From Octopus bimaculoides (taxonomy: Eukaryota): 63,960 nucleotides of DNA. Below are positions 22,797-34,500 of the stretch, one piece after another (positions within the stretch are counted from its first letter, which is position 1; each line of letters begins with the position of its first letter). The DNA lies in assembly GCF_001194135.2 (NCBI RefSeq), contig NC_069005.1, positions 6,628,664 through 6,692,623 on the forward strand, written 5' to 3'. A model generated the notes under the pieces. The model saw only the letters and a list, made by a program, of their open reading frames with translations. It was not told the DNA's origin and made no database searches. The position numbers and the translations under genes are program-made.

Positions 22797-25650
22797 GTAT
22801 AAATATATTTGTGTGTCTGTGTTTGTTCCCCAGCCATCACTTGACAACCGATGTTACTGTGTTTACATCGCTATAACTTAGTGGTTTGACAAAAGAGACC
22901 GATGGAATATGCACCAGGCTTACAAAGGAAGTGTCCCAGGGTTGATTTCTTTGACTAAAACCTTTTAGGATGAAAGGCAAAGTCAACCTTGGCAGAATTT
23001 GAACTCAGATCAGAGGAGCGACGGGTGAAGTACCGCTAAGCATTTCGTCCAATGTGCTAACAATTCTACCAGCTTGTTGCCTTAACAACAACCACCACCA
23101 CCACCATCTGCTACTACTACTACTTACTTTTGTTTGCGTCGCTCATTCTTTTCTTGTAGATGATGCAATCTCTTTTCATATGTCATCTGCATAGGATCAT
23201 AAAGATGTCTGCACAAGAACTGCGAAATGGGAGACTGAAAAAAAACAAACACACAAAAAAAAAACACTTTAAAAAAAATTCGACAAACAAACAAACAAAT
23301 AAAACTAAATTTTTTTATTCATTCGTTTGACGGCAAATCATGGCTGGGGGGTGTGGGGGAACTTTAGTAATTTTTGCTTTGTAGTAAAAATTTATCAACA
23401 CAGGAATAGGAGGCAGAGAAGATGAATTCATGGATGAATGGACCCCGAAAGGATGATCAGCAAAGCTGATCCCAGTGGGATTTGAACTGGGAATGCAAAG
23501 ATCTGGAACAAAACACTTGTTAAGGCATTGTTTGATATGGGAGTTTACAACTTCTGTGTCAGCATGGAAAAAAAAAAACTGGATATAAAATGACAAGGAG
23601 AGCTGCAAAGTCTCTTGTCACGAGTTAACTAGATCGTGGCTGACTTTGGAATCAACAAAGGAGCTCACTTAATCTGCTAGAATCAATAGCCAAACTACCT
23701 CAAGCTGCATTGTATTTCCTTACGAAAAAAAAAGAAATAGACGTCAAGTCAAGGCTGGATTAGTTTTGACCACTAGTCTACCTGGTCACGTCTGACCAGG
23801 AGCTAAATGTAAACAGCTTATATAACCTTATATGTAGTAAGTGTGAAACAAAATAAAATGTTAGTCAAGGCTAATCCATCTTTGACTAAGTGCTGGATAA
23901 AATCTGACCCAGGGTTAAACACCCTAACATCAACGCACACATGACATTGATACAAACCTTGGAATATTCCCAGTCTTCCGGTTCATAACCCTCAGGAATA
24001 TCAGCAAGTTCGGCATTGCCTGGAAGACAAAACAGGAAATAGAATCACCCCTGGGATATCATAATCATCATTACGACAACAACGATGATCACCACCACCG
24101 ATTAAATATGTTATTCAGTGAAAATATGGAGGATCACAAGAGATTGGAAAAATGCCCTTACCAATAAAGAGGTTCACATAAAGGGTGAGGAGTCCAAGAG
24201 GTATGACACCGAGCATGACATAGAAATGCTGTGGAATAAACCAAAAAAAGGTACAATATAAAATCACCACCGACAGCATCATCACCATCAACATCAATTG
24301 TAGCATCATTATCATAATCAGCATGGTCAACAGCAGCATCATCATCACTATCAACATTATCAATAGCGTCGTAGTCAGCACACTCTTTCAAATACATATT
24401 CACTCAAGCACATGTACTCACATATTCTCTCAAATCCTTTCCAACATAGAAATCAACATAGCATTGTAAAAAATGTAGTGTAAACATACAAACATCACTA
24501 AATTCCCAAATACTGCCGCATTTTACATGAAATCATAAGTCTTCCAATATCGTCTTGCTGTTATTAGTCAGCCTACCTATTTTTTGACCATAAATTTTGG
24601 TCTTAAAAATTTGACTTGTATGCTGGAAAATATGGTACACATTGGCACGTAAAAGCACCCACTACACTCTCGGAGTGGTTGGCGTTAGGAAGGGCATCCA
24701 GCTGTAGAAACTCTGCCAAATCAGATTGGGGCCTAGTGCAGCCATCTGGTTCACCAGTCCTCAGTCAAATCGTCCAACCCATGCCAGCATGGAAAGCGGA
24801 TGTTAAACGATGATGATGATGATGACACATTCTCTCAAGCACATGTACTCACATCTTCTCTCAAACCCTTACATACCATATTTTCCAGCATACAAGTCAA
24901 CATAGTATATAGTGTAAACATACGGTGTAAATGCTCAAACATCATCACTACCTTTCCAAATCCTGTTGCATTTCACACGAAATTTTTCAGTCTTCTAAAA
25001 TCTTCTTGATTTATTAGTGTTGTATGGGAGATCAGCTAAGTGAACTGTACTAGTTAGTATAAATGAGCATGTGCAGAACAGTCTGAGGAGAGTGTCATGT
25101 GCGCAGTCATGGTGTACAAGTCGTAGGAATCATTGAACAGCGATATCATGGAGTGTTTGTTGAAGATACACAGTTCAGAGAGTAATAAGAGAACATCAGG
25201 AAATGTTCGATATTTTAACAGTTCAGATATAACAGTTATGACAAGAAGTCATATGTCACATCAATTAGTTAGTCTGCCTTTTTTGGGCTGTAAATTTTGG
25301 TCTGAAAAATTTGATATATATGCTGGAAAATATGGTAAACATTATTTCCCATTACACATTCTCTCAATCATATGTACTCACATATTTCCCCAACATACAA
25401 GTCAACGTAGTAGATATAGTGTAATCATTCAAACATCATCACATTTTGACTGCGGCCATGCTGGAGCACTGCCTTGAAGGGTTTTAGTTGAACAGATATC
25501 AACCCCTGGACTTTTTTGCTTAAGCCTAATACTTATTCTATTGGCCTCTTTTGCCGAACTGCTAGGTTACAGAGACATAACTACACCAACACCATTTATC
25601 AAGCAGTGATGGAGGGACAAACACAGCCACAAACACAGATACATACATGC

Positions 25651-25681
<31 letters not shown>

Positions 25682-27280
25682 TACGACGGGATTCTTTCAG
25701 TTTCCGTCTACCAAATCCACTCACAAGGCTTTGGTCAGTCTGACGCTATTGTAGAAGACACTTGCCCAAAGTGCCACGCAGTGGGACTGGAAACAGAACT
25801 ATGTGATTGGGAAGCAAACTTGTTACCACACAGCAATACCTGTGCCCATCAATAGAAATGACTAGAACCCTTCAAGACAAAGTGACCACAGTCTAATGAC
25901 TAAAATGACCAAAAGCATAAAAGAGTGTATATTCACCAACATAAAGGACTAAAAGAACAACAAAAATGTTTACTTACGAAATCATTCCTGAATCGATGCC
26001 ACTCAAATCTTGATGGTTGTAAGGGGATAACATGTTTATGAGCTCCCATATGTCGGACAACTAGTAAAACAATGAAAATTAATTAACTAATTAAATAAAT
26101 TGCAGCTACTGAAAAGTTAATGTGACTAAAATCCAGACTGGACATTCATGCCTCATCACTTGATCGATTCATCTTGTGCGGAAGAGTTACACTGGTCAGG
26201 GCAAGTCACTCAACCGCATGATGATAATGTAGTATTAAATACTTGATTAAGAAATATCTATGCCCTGATGAGGCTTAATAAGGCTGAAACACATTCTGTG
26301 TCATCGCTCATACTTGCCAAATTGTTTAATATAAAATGTTTTGGTTTAATTAGTTGATGATGTGAAGATGTCAATTAGAAACACCTGCGTCTCTCGCCAT
26401 CCTTAAGCTTACCTTGTGATGTAAATGATAAAGTGAGAAGTGTCTTTAGTAATGTTTAACAACATAAAATAAATAGTAATATACATAAATTTACAGCTGT
26501 TATAATATATGTCCATCGAACTCAATGTTCTGGAATTTTTTTGTTTCGCTTCTCAATACATTTTCGAAGTTCAAATCAACCAGGATTGATTTAACCTTTC
26601 GACCTACCGCTAAGGATAAAATAAGTACCCATCACCCACTGAGATTGATTTGACTATACTGCCTTTCATATTTAAGACAATATAGTTTGAGGGTGATTTA
26701 GTTGCTCTTTTTAGCAGGTCGAGTCACCGCCAAAAGGCTCCCTAGTTGGCTGGTATTTGTGTTGAAGGTAGTTTTATTGTTATGTGATTTGGTATGTCTC
26801 GTGTTGATTGCTGTTTAATATCAGCTCAGTCTGGATCCAACGTGCTCTTTTCTTTTCTTTTAAGACGGTTAAGTGTGATATGAGAGAGACTTCGCGAAGG
26901 GGATGCAAACACATATTCCCAACATAGAAAATAAAAACAAAAACAAATCTCGTTTTAAAATATAAAATCTACCAAGGCCCTAGACCTGTTCTCAACATTT
27001 ATATATTTAGTTTAAAAATAACGACAATTTATTCTGAAAGAATTGGTTATTTTTCTTAAAAGACTTTTCTGTTTACACCTTCAAGGTCAATAAGTATATC
27101 GTGACTTTAACAGATCGGAACAAAACATGAGAAAAATACATCGTTAATCGTTTCATTACATAGACAACTGTAAATACCTGGAGCTTTTAGTAATGTTTGT
27201 ACAGTAGAAACTGGTTTGTTTAGCCGAAGAACAAGGCATCCTTGCCGAGAGGAGAGTCGTAACAGACTAAAGGCCACCAT
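22329..27280 (-). CDS. NDUFB5: NADH dehydrogenase (ubiquinone) 1 beta subcomplex subunit 5 (SGDH), mitochondrial; complete, 188 aa
   Basis: Exons 27280-27178, 26060-25978, 24228-24162, 24019-23958, 23234-23128, 22473-22329 (567 nt, GT-AG, phases fit). Basic presequence [17 protein letters not shown], then PSRF, a transmembrane segment [45 protein letters not shown] and [14 protein letters not shown]; collinear with NDUFB5. Confidence 0.93.
26261..26306 (+). ncRNA. Degenerate hammerhead ribozyme core
   Basis: CUGAUGA (26265-26271), imperfect stem II GGCUU-aau-AAGGCU, GAAA, five-bp stem III ACACA-uuc-UGUGU and a GUC triplet; stem I does not pair. Confidence 0.4.
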
Positions 27281-27899
27281 GTTGTCGACAGTGTGCGGCC
27301 GCTTAAGATTTATACAATTACTTATACCGAGGNNNNNNNNNNNNNNNNNNNNNNNNNNNNNNNNNNNNNNNNNNNNNNNNNNNNNNNNNNNNNNNNNNNN
27401 NNNNNNNNNNNNNNNNNNNNNNNNNNNNNNNNNNNNNNNNNNNNNNNNNNNNNNNNNNNNNNNNNNNNNNNNNNNNNNNNNNNNNNNNNNNNNNNNNNNN
27501 NNNNNNNNNNNNNNNNNNNNNNNNNNNNNNNNNNNNNNNNNNNNNNNNNNNNNNNNNNNNNNNNNNNNNNNNNNNNNNNNNNNNNNNNNNNNNNNNNNNN
27601 NNNNNNNNNNNNNNNNNNNNNNNNNNNNNNNNNNNNNNNNNNNNNNNNNNNNTGATAAAATTTCTATCAATTAGATTTATTAAAATCAATTGATGCTGTG
27701 TCCCACCATTTTCTTGCTTTATCTAACATAAGAAGCATCAGTCGTGTCACATGAATAGAACAGAGGACAGTTCTAATTAAAATAATCAATGAATATGAAA
27801 TACAATAAGCATTTAAACAGTTTCTGATAGAAATTATTACAAACAAGCATCAAATTTTTATTTTATAAATAACTTATTTTTGTCGTATGATATCTGTGA

Positions 27900-27970
27900 G
27901 CATCGGTGGTTCAGTGGTAGAATGCTCGCCTGCCACGCGGGCGGCCCGGGTTCGATTCCCGGCCGATGCA
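27900..27970 (+). tRNA. tRNA-Gly (GCC)
   Basis: GCATCGGTGGTTCAGTGGTAGAATGCTCGCCTGCCACGCGGGCGGCCCGGGTTCGATTCCCGGCCGATGCA (71 nt). Perfect acceptor stem, A and B boxes, GCC anticodon, T-run terminator about 10 nt downstream. Confidence 0.96.
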
Positions 27971-29132
27971 ACTTTCGTTTTGAATCAGTAATTAATATTT
28001 CTTTTACATTTTACTACCCTCGCTAAAAAAACAAATTCCTTTATAGCAACAGAGTACGATGGTCATTCTTTTCATTAATTATTATCGATTTGATTTTCAA
28101 TATTCGGACAATTCCATATTTATTGAGAAACACGAAGTACTGCGGTAATTAAGTCTTTCTCAAATGCATAAGAGATGTAGTCTAACAGTAGGGAGGGGAA
28201 ACTTAAGTCATGGACTCATGCAAGCAGAGAGCCTCTATGCGGTCACTCGACCTGCTAAAAATAGCAGCCATGTCACTTCCAACTCACACCCTACCTTAAA
28301 AATTTTTTAAAAAAAAGAAAAAGATAAGGCATACCTAATAAGTGAGGTTCCTACACTGACTTTGTTTCCTCATAACTTTTAGAAAAATGGGTATTTTTTT
28401 GAAGGAAATTTTCTACAAACACCTCTCAGATTTTGTACCTTACAATTATATTGGAATTTTAACGTGAAAAAAAAATTAAAATAAAGTAAATTGATGGGTT
28501 CGTACAGATCATATATGGCTGTGTGGTAAGAAGCTAGCTTCTCTGCCAAATGGTTCCATGTTCTGTCCCACTGTCGTCGGACTGAACCCCGAATTACGTG
28601 GTTAGGAAACAAACTTCTTACCACATAGCCATACCAATGTAAAAAAAAAAAAAAAAAAATGAAATGAAATGAAAATTGGTGCGTGTGCTTAGGCCTACAT
28701 ACTGATACACATCACATGTATCTCTACAAAATGAAACTTGAAATTTTTGCAATGTTAACAAAAAAATAGGTGGCTGCAGACACAAACATACTTAGGAATC
28801 TAGGTGGAGGTAAAGAATACGTACACCACCCGTTTTCGGCGTAACAAAAACCCTAATTATAAACCTAATTCTAAACACCGGCTGCACGTATTCTTTATTT
28901 TCGTCGGAATCTACACCATGTGTAAGATATTTGTAGAAAATTTCATTAAAAAAGTCCCCCCTTTTTCTAAAAGTTGTGAAGTAACAAAATCGGCTGCGAA
29001 ATACAGTGAACGTCTGCTCAATTTTCAATAAATTTGGATTTGGGAATTGTCTCCCTTGCACTTTCTAGTTTCGAATCGAACATTTCATGCTTCACCCCTC
29101 TTCATTCCTTTGAAATTTCAAAGATGAATTTT

Positions 29133-29182
<50 letters not shown>

Positions 29183-30340
29183 CAGGGTGGGGAAGCAAAG
29201 CTTGGAGAGTAATAAATAATTCACCAAATTGTTTATTTTACAACAACCAGCAAACTGACATAAATATAATTTTAACACAAGTTTGTAGGGGAATAAAGAG
29301 ACAATTTATTCAATATGTCCGCCTTCGTTGTCCACTACAGCCTTTACACGCCGCCTGAAGGCATCACACCTCTTCATGATGAAGTACTCAGACATGCTTC
29401 ATGGTGAAGTACTCTTGCCCCAGGACTTGCTTAAGTCGATCAACACTTGGATGCGAAGTTTTGTTGGTAGAGTGCTCCAATTTGCACCATACGGCATAGT
29501 CCATGGAGTTCGAGTCAGGGTTGGAAGAAGGCCAGACGTTGGCAGGCTAAAAGTCACCGAAGTTGTCTTCACAGAATTTCTGCACTTGCTTCGCCGTATG
29601 AGCAGGAACACCATCTTGGGTCCACACACATTTACCGTTGTAGTAGTTAGACTTCAGCCAAGACAAAATCTTATACTTCAGGACCTTATAATAAACTTCA
29701 GCCCCGACCTTTTCCCCAGATTTGAAAAAACGGAGAGGCATCTTTTTTTCCGTCAGACGTCACGACTCCAAGTACCATGACTTGAGCTGGGTGCTTGGTC
29801 CTAAAGACGCCCTTTCCTCCAGAAGGTGACTTAGCAATATATCGATCATTGTGACGGTTTAGAATAGCATCGACGGTAAAGATTTTGTCATCGGAAAAGA
29901 TTTTAACGGTTTGTTCATTGTGCTTCAGGTATCGCAACACTTTTTTGGCCCTTTTATTGCATGGGTCAATATGTGTCTCGGGGTCCTCACGTATGACCCC
30001 AACTGTAAATCAGTGTGTACAGCATTTCTGATGGCCTTTGGACCAACTTCATGCCCATGGACAGTTTTCTCATGGATGCTGTTCAGTCTTTCGAAATTTT
30101 GGCTTTGAGACATTTAAGAAATGCATTATTCCGTTTTTTTTTAATTTATGCCTCCACTTCCTAGCTTTCCCATATTCAGCATTCGGTTCTAAACGTTGTA
30201 GACAGTGTCCCGACAGTCTCAGCAATACGTCTAATTGCAACCCGCCACGAAAGCAAATCTGCAATGCGTTGTCTCTTGGCTTCTTGAACGGACATGCTAG
30301 ATTATATGACTGGAAATGCTGCTTAAATTAAAGTCTATAT
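29183..30340 (-). mobile_element. Decayed Tc1/mariner-superfamily DNA transposon, DD37D (maT) type
   Basis: Fragmented transposase from ATG 30295 (MSVQEAKRQRIADLL) through IFSDDKIFTVD, KHPAQVMVLGVVTSDG, WTQDGVPAH and WPSSNPDSNSMDYAVW, with stops and frameshifts. I count 37 residues between the second and third catalytic Asp. One end reads TA|CAGGGTG at 29181-29189; the other TIR was not found. Confidence 0.88.
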
Positions 30341-30360
30341 ATTTAGTCTGTCTTCAGAAA

Positions 30361-30703
30361 ACCGGGAACTCCAGAAATCCGGACCACTTCCGGTTCTAAG
30401 CTTGCCGGATGTTCGGTCTGGTTCTGTGTTTCTCATTTCAGTAGGCGAAGCAGCAACTTCGGGTTTACTCTCGTCTCGAAAGTCAAACAAACAAACAAAC
30501 AAGCATTTGAAGTCAAGTCCTTGCACATTTTAGCTGTTCCCTGTACCATATTCCTGTTTTACAGTTCTTCTATTTGTCCGCTTGGGGTTTGTTTGTTTTT
30601 TTAGATATTCAAACTGGTTTTCGTGTTTGCAAAGTTCTTTGGACGCCCGTTTCACGTTCGGACGGTTGTTGCTTGTTGTCGGCGGTCTCTGGTCACAAGG
30701 AAG
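30361..30703 (+). promoter_or_regulatory. Probable GLOD4 promoter / 5' UTR
   Basis: CpG-enriched unique sequence directly upstream of the ATG, with an ETS-type ACTTCCGG site at 30386-30393 and further CCGG(A) cores. No TSS data. Confidence 0.5.
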
Positions 30704-31140
30704 ATGTCTGCAAACAGCATTGAGGATGAAAGCAGCGATTTTGTTGGCGCCTACAGAATAGGCATCAAAAGACCGCTACATTTTGTTTTTAAAATTGCTA
30801 ACAGAAAAGACAGTCTCCATTTTTTCCATCGCATTCTTGGAATGAAGGTAAGTTAGTAGTAATTGATTGTTGTTTTGCTCCCACCCCGGGTGAGTCCTAA
30901 ATTGGGCCGTTCATACTATGGTCATTTCTGTGTTTATAAGCTACTAGCATACCCGTGTCGTTAAAAATGCCGACAGTTTTATTAATGTAGGAAAATGGCA
31001 CATAACACGATGGGAAAAACCATTAATAAATGTCAACAATCTAACAAATATATGTACATACACAGAATTGAAGCACTTGAAGAATTAGATACGATTGTAA
31101 TGTCTCAGTTGATAATATCGCACACACAATGTATATTTGT

Positions 31141-31176
<36 letters not shown>

Positions 31177-31264
31177 CAGTATACATACATCTGGAAATAT
31201 TTCAGTTTCCATCTACCTAATCTACTCACAAGGCTTTGGTCAGCCCTACAATATAATAAAAGAC

Positions 31265-31311
<47 letters not shown>

Positions 31312-31465
31312 NNNNNNNNNNNNNNNNNNNNNNNNNNNNNNNNNNNNNNNNNNNNNNNNNNNNNNNNNNNNNNNNNNNNNNNNNNNNNTATATATATATA
31401 TATATATGTATGTATATATATATATACACACATTTATTTATAGACATCATCTCCCCTCTCATTCT

Positions 31466-31517
<52 letters not shown>

Positions 31518-34500
31518 TGTATCATTATGATTTATTCTTCAGCAGACTCATGCAATATATCCTCCTCCTCATCATTTAACATCTGCCTTCCATGTTGGCA
31601 TGGGTTGAATGGCTTGACAGGAGCTAGCCAGGCAGAAGACTGCACCAGACTTCTGTGTCTCTGCAGTGAGTCAAACTACCTTGTAGAAGAATTTTTAGTT
31701 CGTATGATTGAACAGTTATCTAATCAAAACCTTTCCAACCATGACTATCCTGTTTTTTTGTGTCACTTGAACTACATTGTCCAACATACCTCTTCACTCC
31801 TTAAAACTGTAGGATTTTACTTAAAAGAGATTTAGCTGCTATTTCTTGCAGGTAGAGGCCCCTCATAATTCTTGCTGTTTTTCTCCTAAATTAGACTTTT
31901 TTTTTCTTTTTTTTGCTTCTGGCACAGTGTATCTAAAAGTACATTACTGAAAATGTAAAAAACACCACTCAAGTGTGATTGTTTCCAGTGCCGCCTGACT
32001 GGCTCCTGTGCCAGTGGCATGTAAAAAGCACCATTCAAGCATGGTCAATGCCAGTGCCACTTGGCTGGGTTCTCATTCCTAAGGTATTTTCCTGATGTTA
32101 TTATTATTATTATTCAGGTCACTACCTGGAATCAAACTCGGAATCTTGGGGTTAGTAACCCGTGGTCTTAACTAATACGCCATATGCCCATGGGCAATTA
32201 GGGCTTATAAATCTAATATTTTCCTATCCTTCTTTAATACCAGTTCCCATATGCTATTCATATCTGCACTCAGTCTGCTTAGGAGGTTGTTGTGTCCTAG
32301 CATATGTGCTGCTTCTTTTAGTTTTCCTATTTTCCAGTGGTGTTCTCTGTCTATTATTTTAACTTCATCCCACAGGGCAAGATGGTCTCCGTTTTTCCAT
32401 ACACGATCAGCTATACCCAATTTATCAACATCTCCTTGTGTCACAGCTTTGCGATGTTCCTCTACCCTTATTTTGAGGAGGGGGCAGCATGTTAAACGTT
32501 GTGTTAACAACAAACAAGATGTGGACAAATATCCATCAAATGGAAATAACGTACATAATTCCTCGTCTCTCAAATATAGAACTGTTTTAAACATATAATC
32601 CTGTTAGCTTTCATTTGTATCAACTGAGGACACAAAACTTGTTTTAATCAGAAGTGCTGATTAATCTTGTTTCCCCCTTATCAGATCTTTTCCAGGCAGC
32701 AAACTACTTCATTTACAGGAAGTTTTTTTTTTGTTTTGTTTTTCATCTTTTATTACTTTTAAAAACAAAAACAAAAAAACATTTTGGTGGTGGTGGTGGT
32801 TGGAGAGGGAGGTCTTAATTGCAAAGTGGAGAAACTGATTCTCTTCCCTCTCTCTCAATTTTAATGTAGTTTGTTAATACTTTTAGTATGGCATTTATTA
32901 GAAGTTTTACCTTCTAAAAATTAAAATTTTTAAACTGTGACCCGGGTTGAGCTGCTACTTTTCCCACTTCGGGAGGTCACAGTTCAGGTACTACAGACAT
33001 CTGAGCCAACTGGCAGGAGACTTAGGGGTAGTCCTAGAGCGAGATGGTTGAATAATATCCATAGTCTCAGTTGGTCATGTTTGAGAGAACCCAGCCAGAA
33101 CGTGTAATGGTGGTTGTTTCTGATAGGACCCTATAGAAGAAGCACGTAAGGACTCCTATTCTTGTGATGGGCAGGAGACCTAGGGGCAGGCCAAGAATGA
33201 GATGGTTGGGTAATATCCATAGTCTCAGTTGGTCATGTTCCAGAATGAGGGTTGCTCCTGATAGGGTCCTATGGAGGAGGAAGGTTCATGAGGGCTCTAC
33301 CTCCATGACCAATAAAGAAACCCTGGTGTAGACCAAGAAAGAGATGGTTGGATAATATCTGTCTCAGTTGGTCATGCTTGGGAATCCAGCTAAAAAGTGT
33401 AATGATGATTGCTTCTGATAGAACCCTAAGAAGGGGGTGCTTGAGGACTCTACCCTTACAACTGGCAGGAGACCTAGGGATAGGCCAAGAATGAGATGGT
33501 TGGATAATGCCCTTAGTCTCAGTTGGTCACACTTGGGCATCCAATCAGAAAGTGTAATGACACTTGCTTTTGATAGAACCCTATGGAAAAGATATTGAGG
33601 ACTCTACCCTCACACAGGCAGGAGATCTAGGGGCAGCCTGAGAATGAAATGGTTGGATAATATACAAATAATCAGTTGGTAACACACCCAGAAAGTGTAA
33701 TGAGGGTTGCTTCTGATAGGACCCTATAGAGGAGGTACCTGAGGTCCCTGCTCACATGACTCTCCTAGGAATAGTGGGCAGGGAAGATGGATGGATGGTA
33801 CCACTACATGTAGCTTAATATGGTAATCCTGAGACTACTCAATAAAGGTTGACCTAGGGTTAAACAACAACCTCCCCCCCACCTCACTACCTCTCTCAGA
33901 AAATGTCATCTCCTTTGTAATGTAAGCAAATACTTAGTGTACATTGTAGAGTTTATCAATAATTATTGATTTCCAATATCAGCAAAAGGTCACGCAATTT
34001 GAGGGGGGTTTTTTTGTAGTTGATTATAGTGATACCAGCTCTTGGCTGGGACTGCATTTTATTAACATCCGAAGGATAAAATTACAGTTGACCTTAACAT
34101 ATCTTCTGCAGTCAGTGTTGTTGTTGTTGTAACATTACCTGTGCTCACCTCAGCATTACAAATCTTTGTGTCAGGTTTTCCCATCTCGTGTGTGAGTTTT
34201 CTGTCTGTTCCTTTATTGCTTCTTTTTAAATTTTGGAACTTAGAAATATTTGGGCCAGACATGGCTGACGTAACCCTTTAGCATTCAGATTATTCTGTAA
34301 CATGCAATGCTTATTGATTCACATTGTTTTGAATTAATCATGCATTGTCTTGTAGCTTTGAATTCCGATGATGTGATTGTTTAATTTTAGAATGACATTG
34401 TAAGGTAGGTGTGAGTGGCCAAATCTGGCAAGTTTGGACATAAAACAGGTAGAATATCTGGGCCAGATATGGCCAGCTAAACCCATTAGCATTCAGTTTA

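Noticed and set aside
30872-30892. Possible second TIR of the maT element inside GLOD4 intron 1, which would put exon 1 inside the transposon
   Set aside because: Only about 14 of 17 bases match with a gap, there is no flanking TA, and exon 1 is conserved GLOD4 coding sequence. Likely chance.
32990-33800. CRISPR-like or coding-repeat interpretation of the tandem arrays (also 58345-58665 and 60610-61062)
   Set aside because: Whole units repeat with no unique spacers, there are no cas genes, the context is eukaryotic introns, and units carry frameshifts.
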